A DNA stretch of 64,000 nucleotides from Chara braunii (GCA_003427395.1 BFEA01000022.1:3385532-3449531); one strand, 5' to 3'; numbered from the stretch's first letter, positions 25,516-40,021 are shown. Numbers and translations are program-made. Notes: generated by a model from the sequence alone, not told the origin.

Positions 25516-26370
25516 ATCCGAAGGGAGGTGGAGGGTAAAGCTCAAGTCATGAACAGAGCCACTCAAGCTACTACACCCTTTTTGTGAAGTGGTTCCTGAT
25601 CAGACAGCGGCTCTTCTGTGTGGGATTGTGGAAGCCAGGTGGCCACTGGCATGAACCTTGACATTTCACAAATTGAGCAGAGAACAGCAGCAGGAGGACC
25701 AGTGGCACGTGCTAATACTCTTTTCATCACTCCCACGCGTGTTGGCAACGGTAGTCAAGATAAAATACATAATGCGCTGAGGTGGAAGGAGGTGGGGGGT
25801 TGAGATGTTCAGACGCAACAGTCTGCAGCATCCACCAGTTGTGGGAACAGTGCTTGCAATGCAGCACGAGGAGTGCCGTCAAGAGTCATGGCAGTCGAGC
25901 CTCAAACGGTGATGATAGATGTGATGGAGCTGGCCGGTGATGGGACTTGTAGTAGAAAGGCCGACTGTAGTTGGACATCATTATGTTTCTTAAGTGATTG
26001 CGTTTTTTTGCTACACAGTGATCGGGTACTTGCTTAGGAGCATAGCATGGTACAGGTGAACCAGGAAAGAGAGTGCCTACGATATCATGTTCAGAATTAT
26101 CTTCATCGCTGTTGTCCTTGTGTGGAGCGCTTGTCATTGAATGCAAGGTGCTCAGTCTTCAATTGCATAGCTAACAGCTTGACGAACAGGGATCTGATTG
26201 TCTACTTCACGGCTGGAGGCAAGCAGTATTCATCCACACCAAACTCTTTCTCTGGATCACCTGCCATCAATGCGCAGCAGCAGGGACGCAACTTGCAAGA
26301 CTGCCAAAACACAGAGAACTCTCTATCCAGTATCATATCGGAACCTTCTCTTCTTCCTGCCTCCCTTCAG

Positions 26371-26429
<59 letters not shown>

Positions 26430-27087
26430 CCCCCCCTCTTTGTGTGTCTGTGGGCACATGTGGCCATTGCTTGCTCGCGACGTCTGCACCTCCATGTTGT
26501 AGATGGTTAAGCTGTTCTTCGGCAATGAGCTCATGCCACGTCACATTGCGCCGGTCTCCCATTTGCTCGCGATGTCTGCACATCCATCTTGTACATGACT
26601 AACCTTGTTCGTTTCTCACTCTGGGCATTGGAAGTACCTGTTTTCAGGCATATGCCCTCCTTGTGGTGATGCTGAGAAGGAAGTGGTGCAAATTATTTCC
26701 ATGCTTTCTTTCTTCGCTGAGAGAAAATTGTGTTGTTCGAGAGTTCTGAAGGACCTTCGGGAGAAGAGTGCTTTAGGCTCAATAAGGTCCAGCTGAGCCG
26801 GGTCTGGCAGGGCACCATATGGGATGACTAGGGCAGCGGAGGATGGCATTGCTTTTGTAGCGCTTGCAGGAATTCAGTCTGTTTTTCCGGTGATCTTGCT
26901 CTTGAGTAAGTTCAAGAAGCAGCCAAGGCTGGTGGAGAAGGACCTGTCAATCTGCTGGCTTTGAAAGTACAGACTAAGGAACTTCTTCAAGGGAACAGTA
27001 GAAATGCACAGTGAGGGTGTCAACTCATGTTCCTTGGCTGCAGAGGGTGGGGGAGAACAGGCTGATGAAGGAGCTGCCCTTAAACCA

Positions 27088-27420
27088 CCAGTATACCCAG
27101 GCATGGAGGCGCTCCACTGCGCGCCAAGCTTTGCCGAACCGCCAGCGGTGCACTTTTTTTTCTTTTTTGGCTGGCACCGCCAGCCATTGTGGTCTGGTGG
27201 GCCCGAGGGCGCAAATCTTGGGAGTGGTCGACGAAACGTTTTCTGCAAGGCTGAGGATGTGTATTGGCGGTTTTGAAGGACCAGTACATCCACTGTGGCG
27301 TATTTGCACTGGGCGGCAGGGTTTGCCGAACTGCCACCAGCACACTTTTGTTTTCTTTTTTGGCTGGCGCCGCCAGCCATTATGGTCCAGTAGCCCCGAG
27401 CCCCCCAAAGTGTTCGGATT
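27088..27420. repeat. Diverged tandem duplication (~190-bp period)
   Basis: TTTGCCGAAC...CTTTTTTGGCTGGC(A/G)CCGCCAGCCATT occurs twice. Confidence 0.75.
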
Positions 27421-28599
27421 GGCTCGATTTAGACTCTCAAGTTGGCCTGCGCGACGTCGCGGCTTAAGTGAATGCAGATTGGCAGAGTACATAGCCAGTG
27501 AGAATCTGGACTGGAAGGCCACCATGACCGGGCGTCTTCAAAGCACGGTAATGCTTTGCAGATCACTCTGCAGGGACTAAGTGAAACGGTTAGAGAGGTA
27601 AGAAATACTAAGAATATGATTTATCTTCTGTATATACGCATAAAGCATACACTCATTCCGTCGCATGAACTTGAGTGTAGCAGCTGGGAAGGGCAGAGGA
27701 GATGGAACACTTCTTGCATCAGTGTGCTCCTCCGGAATACACTACGAGATTTTTGGTAGACTCAGATATAGCGCGGGACAATCTTTGCTTTTGCTGCACC
27801 TTTGATTGCAGCAGAGATAGGGTCTGGGCGGGTGATTTATGGATTCGTTTGTCTGTTCTGTAATTATCCTTGAGCCTTGGAGACCTGATAGCCCCACGAC
27901 ATGATCATTCCTGACGACCTGTTTTTTCATTTTGTGCAATAGAAAGCTTGAAAAGATTGACCACCACTTTTCTTCTGAGTGAAGACCTGGCAGTGTCTCC
28001 AGGGTAGACTGCTAAATCAGCCTGAGTGTCCCTTTCTGTATTGTGAATATGCACTGCGCCTCAGTCCTCGTCTACACCAATTTACATTTGAGGCAGAAAG
28101 CTTGCACCATGCTTCATGAACAAGCTCTTCGAAAAAGGGAAACAAAGGCTCCAATTTATAGGTGGGGATCATCACCTGCTTGACTTGTGCCCCATCGTGC
28201 TATAAATAACATTGTTGAAGTCAACAAAGTCTTAAAACAAAGACGAATCATTCCAGGAAAAATATCCCCCCCTCATACCAAAGAATTAAAATCACTAAGG
28301 GAAGCTAATGGAAACCAGGTCTAACGTCCCAAAGAGTGATTACTACGCTGAATTGTTTCAAGAGGCCAGGTCTAGCATTTTGGTTCCTGCCCCACCTGCA
28401 GGTCAGTACTACAGAAAACTCACTCAATGCTTCTCCAATTACGGCCATGGAAACCACCAACAGGCTGCAGCCATTATCTGTAGATAGATTTTCCCCAACA
28501 TAAAAATGTGCTTTCGAAACATTGCCTGCACCTGTGGCAGAGGTGTCTGGTCTACATGTTTGGGCGTCTGGTCCGGTACATGGATTTCACGTCTGCTGG

Positions 28600-28869
28600 A
28601 CATCCCCTATCCCCTATATCCCCTTCTCCTATTCCCTGCACGCCCCAAATCACCCCCTACATGCCCTACATCCCCTCCTACATCCCTTGCATCCCTCCTA
28701 CATCCCCTACGTCTCTGCATCCGCTATAGCGCCTACATCCCCTACAATCCTCTGAAGTCTGTTGGGTGTCGAGTGATTTTGTTCGGATACTGCATGCTGA
28801 TGAGTTCATTTTGTCCACTATTTTATTGGGTCAGATGCGCTTGGTCTACAGCGCCAATTCTTTCAAGTC

Positions 28870-28915
<46 letters not shown>

Positions 28916-29093
28916 CTCGCTCAGCAGTTGAGATGTATGCGGTCTGCATATTCTGACCAATGTTCAGCCCAGATACATCTTGAATGCTGAGTGGTGGCGC
29001 GCAGCACCCTCTCTCTGTACCTTATTTTCTCTCTTTGTGCTATGGCCATTACTGGAAGATTCTGGTGACATTTGCGTGATGTGACCAGATTCA

Positions 29094-29168
<75 letters not shown>

Positions 29169-29220
29169 CATCTACCTACCTACCTACCTACCTACCTACC
29201 TACCTACCTATCTATCTCTC
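28600..29220. repeat. Low-complexity block: CCCTACATCC repeats, (GA)n, (TC)n, (TACC)n
   Basis: Seen directly. Confidence 0.9.
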
Positions 29221-29420
29221 TCCATGTGCATTTTATTTTCTCTCTTTTTGCATTGCCATTACTGGAAGATTCTGGCGACATTTTCGTGCAGCTGAAGCGC
29301 AGAAATGTGACCAGATTCATTCATTGGATGATGATATTCTGAGGCCGTGGCCTTTTGAAAAACAAGAAAAGAAAAGAAAAGAAAAGAAGATGTTTTTGTT
29401 ATTCACCAAGCAATAACACC

Positions 29421-31013
29421 TGTTGGGGTCCCAGATCCCCTGGGCCTGGCTGTGGTCCGACAGGGCCAGTGACTCCGCTGTGCCACTTCGTTGCCGGCCT
29501 TAGTCTTGGCTGCGGTTAAAATTCAGGCCGTTGTCGAGAAACCCGGGGAGAGAAGTTTACCGTTTGCTGAGGCCAAAGGCTACAACGCCTGTCACTTGCT
29601 GTGCCTGCTTCAGAGGTCCTCAGCGACCAGTAAGACACTGGGTCCTACATATCCTTTTGTACACGCTCGACAGACTGGTACATACTTGATGCTTAGTAGG
29701 TTGCCGAATTTGATGTTAATACAAACAAACGCAAAAAGTTGATAAAAGAAAAACACTCTTCAGTTTAGACCTGTGTAACTGAGACCCACGCTCAACCCTC
29801 GACTGTGATAAACTTACGTCACTCACAGTTTTCAAGCCGCCCTCAGGAGTCGTCCTGTTCAAATCTCAAAGAACCCCTCTCGATCATGACAGATTTTACG
29901 CCCCCCCCCTTCATGAAAATCGAATAAAAATCTGGTTTATAGCTGCAGAAGGTTGAGGTTGATGAGGTCCTAGTAAACAAAGGGAAAACAGTGTAAGTGA
30001 GGTCGTCCGATACAACTCGTGATACCCCTTTGTTCCCCTTCATACCTTTCTCACATGCACCAATACCAAGTACAATCCATATTAGAGCTCACAAAACAGG
30101 TGATCGGAGCTCGACCACCATGTAGTACCTTTCTTAGAGCCGAATGCCCGTGTCGCCCGCGTCCTTCTCACCGGCAGCTAGTTCCCAACTGTCAAATAGG
30201 TGTGGGCTCCTTTCCCAGAAGACGTATCTTGTCTGCCGAGTACAGTTGAAACGTGGGATGTCTTGAGAAGCCCTTCTGACACGACTTCAAAAATTACCAG
30301 AAGCAGTCGAGCGAACGATCTGACTCTCGAAACTGATACCCGAAACGACCCAGTTGTGCGAGTGATCAGACACTCGAATTGACGCTCGTAATGAAGCAGT
30401 TGTGCGAATGACCAGACACTCAAAATTGACACTCGAGTGCCAGCAACCAGACACTCGTAATGGACATCCAAAATGGATTGGTTGAGCGAGCAATCGTACG
30501 CTTGAAATTGACACTCGAAATGAAGCAGTTGTGCGGGCGATCAGACACTCGAAACGAAGCAGTTGTGTGAGCGATCAGACGCTCGAAATGAAGCAGTTGT
30601 GCGAACGATCAGACACTCATAATTGACACTTGAGTGTGAGTGATCGGACACTCGTAATGGACATTCGAAATGGAGTAGTTGAGCGAGCAATCGTACACTT
30701 GAAATTGACACTCGAAATAAAGCAGTTGTGTGAACGGTCAGACATTCAAATTTAATACTTGAGATGAAGCAGTTTAGCGCGCGATCAGACGCTCGAAATT
30801 GACACTCGAAACGAAGCAGTTGTTCGAGCGATCAGACGCTCGAAATGGGCGCACTCCTCTCGAACAGTCAGACAGAGCGTGACCCAGAATCTCTCTCTCA
30901 CGCGGAAGCAGTAATTATACCCGTAACCAATTTTTGTTTGAAGGTTTAAGTTGGCAGCTTGAGTTCTCTCGGAGAGAAGGCGGGGATTCTCTTATTAAGT
31001 CTGACCTCCAACA
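29421..31013. mobile_element. Putative LTR containing a minisatellite array
   Basis: TGTTGGGG...CCTCCAACA inverted ends. It lies downstream, on the minus strand, of an integrase tail. No TSD or PPT seen. Confidence 0.45.
30300..30850. repeat. Minisatellite of GACACTCGAAA / GAAGCAGTTGTGCGAGCGATCA modules with a ~197-bp higher-order repeat
   Basis: About 30393-30533 matches about 30590-30730. Confidence 0.9.
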
Positions 31014-33806
31014 CGACAGCAGCTCTCGACAGCAGCAAATCCAGCACTCCTAGAAGACACCGAATATGGTGCCTCTTGACAACAAACGAGAGGCATGGTC
31101 GTGTCTGTCCAGCACCCCGTCGTTCTTGTCTGCGAGCGCCTTCCCCTTGTGCCGGTCCTTCTTAGTTTTCTCCCATAATTTTCCCCGTGCAATGCCTTGC
31201 TCACTCCCCCTTCGTTCGCCCCTCACTCTCTCCCTCGCTTACTTCGGTCCCTCCCTTACTTCGCCCCACACGCTTCGTCCCCGCCGTCAGGTGAGGTTTT
31301 TTACGCACCAACCCCTTCGCGAGCGGTTATGTGAAATGTATGTAACGGCGGTTTCCACGTCACTCTCCTTCAAGGCCGTTTCGCGGGAAGCGGTCGCTGG
31401 ACGTAGGTGCACACGTAAAGTACTGCAGTCCCCCAACTCGCATTCGTCGTTTTACCCTTGATGCATCTTTCTTTGTGTCATACGTGCACGGTTAGGCGCC
31501 CCTAGCTAGGCGCACCCTTGCCAACACGGTTACTCGCCTCTTCACCCTCACCTAATCTCCACTTTCACACTAACCACCTCGGACTCTCCTTCCCCCACCC
31601 GTCCTATTCCTTCACTTCTTCTTGCTTCTCGCTCCTCGTGTCCGTGCCTCTCCCTTTTACTCTCTCCCCTCATATCTTGGTCATTAGCTCGACCAGTGTT
31701 CTAACTGACTTCCTTTGTCCCCACGTTTACTCCTGGTTTTCCGATCGCCACTTGCCTTGCCTACCTTTCTCGTGAGTTTTACCAAGAGACCCTCCCGGAC
31801 ATATCCCTTCCCTTTTTCGTCTCCTCTACCCCCCCTTTTTATAGGGTTTGTTGATGCATAGACGTACCTGAGCAATCGTTCGCCGTAATACGGTGCTTTC
31901 GCGCCTTGGAGCTGGGGGTACCGTCCGTAAAGCAGTTACTGGACCTTCGTAGGCCGTCCTTGTCCGGCGCGAAGCTGCAGTCACGTGAAGGGCGCTCTTC
32001 TTTGGTATTACGTTGTAGCCACACCGAAGCTATCACCATCTCTACGAAGGCAACCACCCAGGCGTCGATATAGTTTCTCCACGTGGAGTGCTCCTCCTTC
32101 CTCTTTCAGCGAGACATGCAACTCACCTGCGAACAGAGAGATCCTTCCCTCGTGCGGCGTTGTGCACTTCGCAAGCGATGGTGACAACTACGCCCTCGCA
32201 GATCCCCTTGTTCACAGTGAACTCTCCCTGTTCTCAGACTTGGCCCTCCCGTCTCTCTCAGCTGCGGGCCGTCCTCAGGTCGTTGAGGTCGTGCACAGGG
32301 TTCTTTCAGAGCGTCGAGTTCTTTTTGTTCACCCCGTACACCTCTTTCTTTTTCAAACTTAGCCGGCCCTTCTTTCCTCGCTGTGCCCTGTCGTCAGGTC
32401 GTTGAAGTCGCAAGCGAGACCCTTTCGGTACGTCGGGTTCCCCCTGTTCCCCGACTTAGCTCCTTCCCCTTCCGCAGTCGCGTTCCTTCCCACGAGTAGG
32501 TTCGCGTGGCGGTTCTCCTTGACCGCGGAGTTCCCCTTGGTCGCTTCGTGTCTCTCCCTCTTTCAGCGATTGCCTCGTCTTTCTATACCTTAGCTCGTGG
32601 TCGACGGTTCAGGGCGCCAAACACATTTTCCTCCCCTCCGTCTTCACTTGGCCTGGACCTGTGGAAAGATGCGTATCTAGGTCTACGAATGTTACTCCCA
32701 GTCGAACGCCTAACCGCATCATGCCGCTTTGACGAGCGGGAAGGGTAGCGAAATTCGACAATTGTGACCTTGGGATTTGGCTCTGAGGACTCGGTCCAGG
32801 AGTTTGTATTTGTTGGCGGCCTTTGTTGGGGTTTTCTTGATTCAGCCCTTGGGTCTTTGACCGATAGCTCAGTGCTATAGCCCGTGTTTGTTGTAGAGGC
32901 CTTTTCCGAGCACCTCCAGTGCTGGCTTGAGGGCCATGATGCGTGCTCAAATTCCAAGTACAGTTGCCGCCGCCGCAGTGTCTGATTCAAGTCATATCAT
33001 TCTCTTCGGTCGTTGCTTGTTGCACCGCGCGATTCGAACTCACGCGGTCTTCCGCTATTGTGTCCCTTCGCTAGGTTCACTGTAGTTGGCCCAGCTCATC
33101 AGCCACTTGCCCCCGTCACCCAAGATCTTCGTCTCGTGTCCCAATCAATCTCCCTCTCATGAAGTTCAATAACACCCCCAGGATGTCCTTGCCCTAGTCA
33201 GTAAGCTTGTGTCCTAGATTTCCCTTGTTTTTCACACCCCAAACCGTGGCCTGCGTTCCCCCACATTTGAACCATTCGGTTGCTCCCTAATGTTCTTATT
33301 ATGTACACATGCAGTCAGGTCATGCACAACATAATCCAGACGTAGGTTTCACAATAAAATAGACTTTCGTAGGGGGGGATAATAGAACAGCAAGAATCAG
33401 GCTGGTTGGGCATGGAAACATAATGTTAGCACAAAAATGGAAAATTATCATAATCAGAGGTTTTCATATTCCTTTTCATCACTCTTTTCCACATTTTTAA
33501 CATAGTTGCAACATAAATAAAATGTTGCCCTCAAGTCGGTACTGCAAAATTGCTTGTGCAGAGTCCCGCGCACGCAATACAGACCAAGCGATAGTGGTAA
33601 GAGGAGTAAGGTCAAAATGACCCCACAAAGGCAGCTCCGAAAATAAAATATACTTGCATGGTATTTTGCATAACAGTAGGTCTAGTGTACATGGTCGTGA
33701 GAACGGAAAGCGGGGGTTTATCCGTGCGTCCTGTTTTTCAATTCTTCACTAGACAAGAGGGAAGTCAAAATCGGTCAGTGTCACTAACCATAGGTTCATA
33801 ATTCCC

Positions 33807-34640
33807 CTATTTCGGGAGGTCGATTGGATTTGGCCGCCCAACAGAAGCCCGAACTTCTTCTTGACGTCTTCGTTGAGATTTGGTCCTATGCCTTGTTTTC
33901 CTCTTAGTCCCACGGTTATCTACTCGCCGGCTCGGGGGGTGCCTTGCCGCAGACTTGCATCTGCTTTGTCTGGTTCCTGTGAGCTTATGCTCCTTGCACC
34001 ATTCTTGTCTGTGATTTAAATGATCTGATCTAGTATCTCGTCTGGTCCGGTCTCTTCGCCTTCTCCTAGTGAGCTCGGACATCGATCTCTTTTTCTTTCC
34101 GATCGCTAACCCTTTGACTTTCTTTGTTGTCGCTCTCTTTCTCTTCTTCAAACTCTCTCCTTTTTCGAATTGGACAGGCAGCCCCTCCTCCATCTTCTTT
34201 TTTCCTTTGTCCTTGGGATCGGCAACTGGCCGTTCAGAGACCTTCATTTCTCTCGGCTTGAAGAGTCTAGGCCTAGCTCCGGCTACTGGGTCCTTCCATC
34301 TAGAACCATCCAGCTCAGCTATCACGTAGGCTCCCCACTCAAGCCCCTCTACCACTCGGTATGGTCTCATCCATCGGTTCGCTAGCCTCCCTGACCAAGT
34401 CATTTCTAAAGCAACATTATACAGTAGTACTTGATCTGCTACTCGTATTTTTTCTTTTCTCACTCTGATATCCTTATCCCACCATTCTTTCCTAAGAGCT
34501 TTTCCCGCAGCCAATCGATCGGACGCAGTCATGAGATCGTCCTCTAGTCCATACACAATCTGTCTAGTCCGCAGAGCTAGGACTCCTCGCGTGTCATGCT
34601 GTCAGCCCAAGCAACGGTCGTGAGATATGCCTCATAATCA
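33807..34640 (-). pseudogene. C-terminal integrase (GPY/F-like) fragment of a non-chromoviral Ty3/Gypsy element
   Basis: DQVLLYN...WSGRLANRWMRPYRVVE..EWGAYVIAELDG...PVAGARPRLF, resembling Athila/Tat-type integrase tails. Confidence 0.75.
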
Positions 34641-35631
34641 TTGCTTGGGATAATACTCAATTATGGTTTCTCTTGATAGTACTGAGTGCTCTCTTTCTCA
34701 TCTCATTCTTGAATGATGCAATGTAGTCTGTCTTATTGTCTTCCAACTTGTCTGATCTTTCTTGCTTTTTTTTTTTTTTTTGTAAAGGGACATGCTCCAA
34801 CCTATTGGTGGGGAGCAGCACGTGCTGGGAACCGGGCTCAACGTCCCATTCAAGAACACATTGAAAAAATAAGAAATTTATGAAGAAATCTTTGAGATAC
34901 CGGGGCCAAAAGACAACTGTGTAATCTACACAAGAACACTGAAATTTTTTGTCCCCCAAAATTCGGATCAAAGAAGCATTCTGGACGAAAAAACCACCTG
35001 CCTTAGAGCCTTTCAGCAGCCCAACCCTACCTGCCTCACCCCTATATCCCGATGCCGAATCTCTACCAGGCCTCATGCCCCCAACTGCTAGGTTACAGAG
35101 TGGCACGACCCACCCTAGAACCCCCCCCCCCCCCCAACCAACAAAACATTCTTCTTTCTCATCTCCTCTTCTTTTCCTTCAATTGGAATCTCAAACAATA
35201 CTGTATTGCTGATGATAAATGGTTTTATCACGGTTTCACACCAACTCTTTCTTTGTTGGTTCCTTAAGTTGTAAAGACTAGAATGGAGCTAAGGATCAGA
35301 GTACCTCATTGCTGTCCACTGACATTCTCCCTAGCCCGGATGACGGTCTTGATGGATGAAGTACTCAGCAGCTATGTATCACCCGCGGTCATGATCGAGG
35401 GCCATTTTACCGCATGCGGTCATGGTCATGCCCGAGGGGGCCGACCACGGAGGCCAGGTGCGGCAAAAAAAAACCGTCATTTTTAATTCTTAGAATACTA
35501 GGCCATATATATATGGGGTTGTAGGGTTTGAAATTCCCTACATCCCCATATTTGTTTTTTGGATTTTGATGTTTTTTGTGATTTAAAAAAAATAGAAAAC
35601 GAAAAAAACAAGTATTAAAATCAAAAGAAAC

Positions 35632-35919
35632 CTAGGCTACCAGCGTGGCCCGGGGTCACTTGCCTGGCCGGGCCAAAAAAAATAAAATAAAAATAAAAAT
35701 AAAAGAATTATTTTTTAATTTTATTTTTTATTCTAAATTTGGTGAAGAATTTCGATGTGACCCTGAGGCAAAAGTTGTTCAGTTTATTTTTCTGCATAAC
35801 AGAGTTGTTTTTCGGATTTTTTGGATTTTTTTGGATTTTGTTTTTGTTTTGCTGGGACCTTCCATGGTCCTTGCACGGGCTGGCCACCCGGGACCCCTGC
35901 GGCCCGGCTGGTAGCCTAG
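35632..35919. mobile_element. MITE (288 bp) with 8-bp TSD, hAT-like
   Basis: TIR CTAGGCTACCAGC/GCTGGTAGCCTAG; AAAGAAAC at 35624-35631 and 35920-35927. Confidence 0.88.
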
Positions 35920-36574
35920 AAAGAAACACAATAAAAAAAGAGAACTTTTTTTTTTTGCTGGTACGTGTGTGTGTGTGTGTGTGTGTGCGCGTGTGTGTGT
36001 GTGTGTGCATGTGTGTGTGTGTGTGTGAAGAGAGACGAAACCCCCGCAAGCATAATCATGGCAAGCCACATGACTCATAAGCAGCCACCTATCCACCTAT
36101 GAACATACGATGACCAACACTGAGTCTTGAGATTCATTAATCTGAGATCCTTAGGAGTCCATTTTGCTTTTTAAGGAAAAACACAGCCATTCTCCGCCCG
36201 AAAAAAATAATCCATCTTTTGTGTGTATGCATTAGCATCCAAGCGAAGGGAGGGATCCAGAGGACCAAGAAAAGGGAAAAGGGGGGGAGACAAGGAAAAA
36301 CGGTGGGAGTTTTATTTTTTTGGGGGGAGGATAGAGGAAAAGCGGGTAGGCATTCCACATATAGACGGTTGTAGTAGTAGACCACTACAAAAAAACAAGG
36401 CTATCACATGAAGGCGATGCACACGATCACGAATCTTCTACAAAAATAGGTACGAAGCAGTCTTCTTCGCGAAAAAACGCTTGCGACTCCAAACGAACTG
36501 CTCCTCAAGAAAAAACATCCTGATGCACAAAGGAGGTCAGAGATCTATGGAGGATGTGAGGAGCTATCCATGAC

Positions 36575-37100
36575 TTAGCGAGGGAGCCTCAGGCAAGAAG
36601 ACACCATTGCTACTACGCACGCAACGACTACGATCGCAGATCCATCGAACATGTTCCACAGCCTATACAATCCCCCCTCGTCCATCCAAACAAAGGAGCG
36701 TCGTCGTCATCAGAAAAACGAGCCTCGATCGCGCCACTCTAATCACTCATAGCCACGCGAAGGTAGAAAGTTATGCAAGAGCAACTCGTGTCCCCGAAGC
36801 AACTATCAAAAACCTCCATTGCTGTAAAGCAGATACCATGAAGCATAAAGGGGGGCAGGCAGCTATTATGAGAGCAAGAGGAAAGCGAGAAGCCATTCAC
36901 GTTTTAGCGAGGGAGCCTCAGGCCGAAAGTTATCGTCACTCCCGAAGGTGCTAGCCATGTACGAAATAACTACGTTCGCAGATCCATCGAGCTTGTTTCT
37001 CAGCATATACACTCCCATCTCGTTCATGTTGACGTCATAAAAAAAAGGAGACCCAAACGTGTCTCATCAACCATTCATGGCTATGCGAAGGCAGAAACTT
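36575..37100. repeat. Diverged ~330-bp-period duplication
   Basis: TTAGCGAGGGAGCCTCAGGC...CGCAGATCCATCGA at about 36575 and 36904. Confidence 0.7.
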
Positions 37101-38820
37101 GAGCAATCGGAGAACGCCGAGCAACTCCATACGTACAACAGTGACTCGTGTTCCCTCCTTAGACCAAGGCCGAATCATCGATCGTCATGCAGGAAAGGGT
37201 AAAAGATAACAGAGAGCGGCATGAACAAAGCTCCACGTATTATGTCCAAGCCATAGAAGCGCCTAAAGCATCATCCCCTCCAACAACAAAAAATCATAGG
37301 ACCAGAGAAGGGGGGCTCCCTCAATACACTCCCCAAGTTTGATCCTCACCAAAGCGGTTATCAAAACCACCATTACTGCAAAAAATGCTCCCGGATGAAG
37401 CGCGCCCATCAATTACAACCAAAGCTAGGACCGAGAACAAAAAAGAGAGGAATAAGGCCAGCACCATTATCATCACTGTCTCATCAACATATCCCTACGA
37501 AGCCCGATTGACTAATGAGCAAACCCTCGTTCTACCATCCATCACCACGTGGGGCATCAACGAAACAACGATGTAACCCGTAATGAACGCAGAGATGAGT
37601 ATAATGGCCACCAAACACCTATGGTAAGTGCTACGACAATCCATGAGGAACTTAACTCGCCACACACCTCCCTCGCGTAGTTAAACCCTCCGTGTAGTTT
37701 CCCTTCACTAGCTGATGGCAACACAGAAATCTACAGCGATGCTCTTCAATAGAAGCAATGAAAGCCAGATAACCAAGAAGGATCGCAACGACGACAATGA
37801 TGCCGAGCACAAAGATCGCAGACTCCATTCAAACAGGCAGCATCAACGCACGAGTCCTCAATCCTTTCGATAAACAGCAAGGAGTTCCTACAGCAAGCCA
37901 TACACAATCAACAAGTATATAAAGTCATGCAGGTCAGGTAGCATCAAGTACTCATATAAGGGAAGGGGAAAGGGGATAAGAGAGAAGGGAAAGAGGGGAA
38001 GATGAGAAAGATTGTCCCAATTCAGCCAAGCGGCCCCATACGTGTCGACGCAACAAAAGGGGGTAGTAGGATATCCCAAAGGCCTTTTCACCAGGAAGCC
38101 CCAATGTTCCCGCTCTGAAAGGGACGAAGCTTAAACAAGCTTGAAGGATAGGGAGAAGGGTATGGAGGGGAAGAAGAGACGAGAGAGAGCAGGAGGAACA
38201 AACGAGGAGCATATTACCGCCAATCCGGATGCAGACGTCGCAACAGTCGTACTCATGGCGCCAAACCAATCACCGAAAGCGGGAGAGAAGTCGACTCAGG
38301 ACGGAATAAGGAAGCGAGGGAGAGAGGGAAGTAGGGAGGGTGATGAGGAGAGAGAAATGCCTTTTTAGCAGGGAAAGACGTAGACCGGGGGAATTCTCAA
38401 GGCGCCGGCGCTATCCACAGGCCAGAGGAAGCGGCGTTCCAAGCACGGGCAGGCCGGAGCTAAGAGCACCAACTTCCAAAGGCAAGACGATTGAGGACTT
38501 GATAGGCGCGATTAGGAGAGTTAAATACACTGCGTGGTTCCCAAGGAAAGTACCCGACGGGTCATCAGAGTACGATCGAAAAAAATCAGTACTAATCCTA
38601 CTGGCTAATGAACCTTAGTACTGCCATTTGTCCTAATACAGAAGTGCATGTACTTTCGACGGGCTCATATTGCAAGCTCACAATGTGAAGAAGCAGTACA
38701 CTTCTTTTGCTTCACCGGTTCAATTGTACGAACCCCTGTTGAAGACCCATAACCCTAAAACCGACTTCACAAGTTTTTTTTTTTTTTTTAAGTATTAATA
38801 TATATATATATATATATATA

Positions 38821-39112
38821 CAGGGTAACCAGCCCGTACGTACGAAGGTCCCCGGGCAGACCTCCGTACGTACGGGCGTTCGGGGGCCCGTACGGGGTCC
38901 AAACCCGACGGCGTTTAGCCCCCGCCAAAAATTATTTTGGGGCCTAAACATCATTATATTTTTCTGAATTGTTTTTCCTGAGTTCTCTATAACGTGAAGT
39001 ATATGCCTGTAAATTTTCAAGTCATTTGGCTAAACAAAATAAGAATTAAAAATCGCCAGAGATGGCGGTGTCAAAACGTGCTCGCCCACGTATTTTTTCA
39101 CTTTTTACTTTT
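38821..39112. mobile_element. Probable end of a DNA transposon inserted in (TA)n, cut by a gap
   Basis: (TA)n followed by CAGGGTAACC and repeated CCGTACG motifs. Confidence 0.4.
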
Positions 39113-39987
39113 NNNNNNNNNNNNNNNNNNNNNNNNNNNNNNNNNNNNNNNNNNNNNNNNNNNNNNNNNNNNNNNNNNNNNNNNNNNNNNNNNNNNNNNN
39201 NNNNNNNNNNNNNNNNNNNNNNNNNNNNNNNNNNNNNNNNNNNNNNNNNNNNNNNNNNNNNNNNNNNNNNNNNNNNNNNNNNNNNNNNNNNNNNNNNNNN
39301 NNNNNNNNNNNNNNNNNNNNNNNNNNNNNNNNNNNNNNNNNNNNNNNNNNNNNNNNNNNNNNNNNNNNNNNNNNNNNNNNNNNNNNNNNNNNNNNNNNNN
39401 NNNNNNNNNNNNNNNNNNNNNNNNNNNNNNNNNNNNNNNNNNNNNNNNNNNNNNNNNNNNNNNNNNNNNNNNNNNNNNNNNNNNNNNNNNNNNNNNNNNN
39501 NNNNNNNNNNNNNNNNNNNNNNNNNNNNNNNNNNNNNNNNNNNNNNNNNNNNNNNNNNNNNNNNNNNNNNNNNNNNNNNNNNNNNNNNNNNNNNNNNNNN
39601 NNNNNNNNNNNNNNTGTATGTATGTATACATATATATAAATCTATATATACATGTATATCCACAACAGCATGACCAACTCCTAATGGGGGAATTCCGTAC
39701 AAACTTGTCAGTCAACGAAATTTTCCTTCATGCTTTAGTCATGAGGGGTAGCCTTCTATTTTCACTACAGGCTCAAGTTGCGGCTTCAGATGTAGAGTCC
39801 CATAATCCTTTCTATGACACCTGCATACCCTGCACATAAGGAAAGATAAATGAAACCATTCCAAGCGATGAACTTAACTTGCCTTCAACCATTCCTGATG
39901 GCATCCATCCTCCTTTTTTCTTTCTTTATTTTTGGGTTATTCTTTGTTATTTCGTGTGTGGAAGCCTAGGGGCCTTATGGTAGCATA

Positions 39988-40021
<34 letters not shown>

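Noticed and set aside
25500-28250. Coding-like stretch, possibly an old gene or TE relic
   Set aside because: All frames I examined are broken and I recognised no motif; it cannot be assigned without a search.
30300-30850. CRISPR-like repeat array
   Set aside because: No unique spacers, degenerate shuffled modules, no cas genes, eukaryotic TE context.
36130-38620. Possible TE or gene remnant
   Set aside because: Only short ORFs and a local duplication; no diagnostic termini or motifs.
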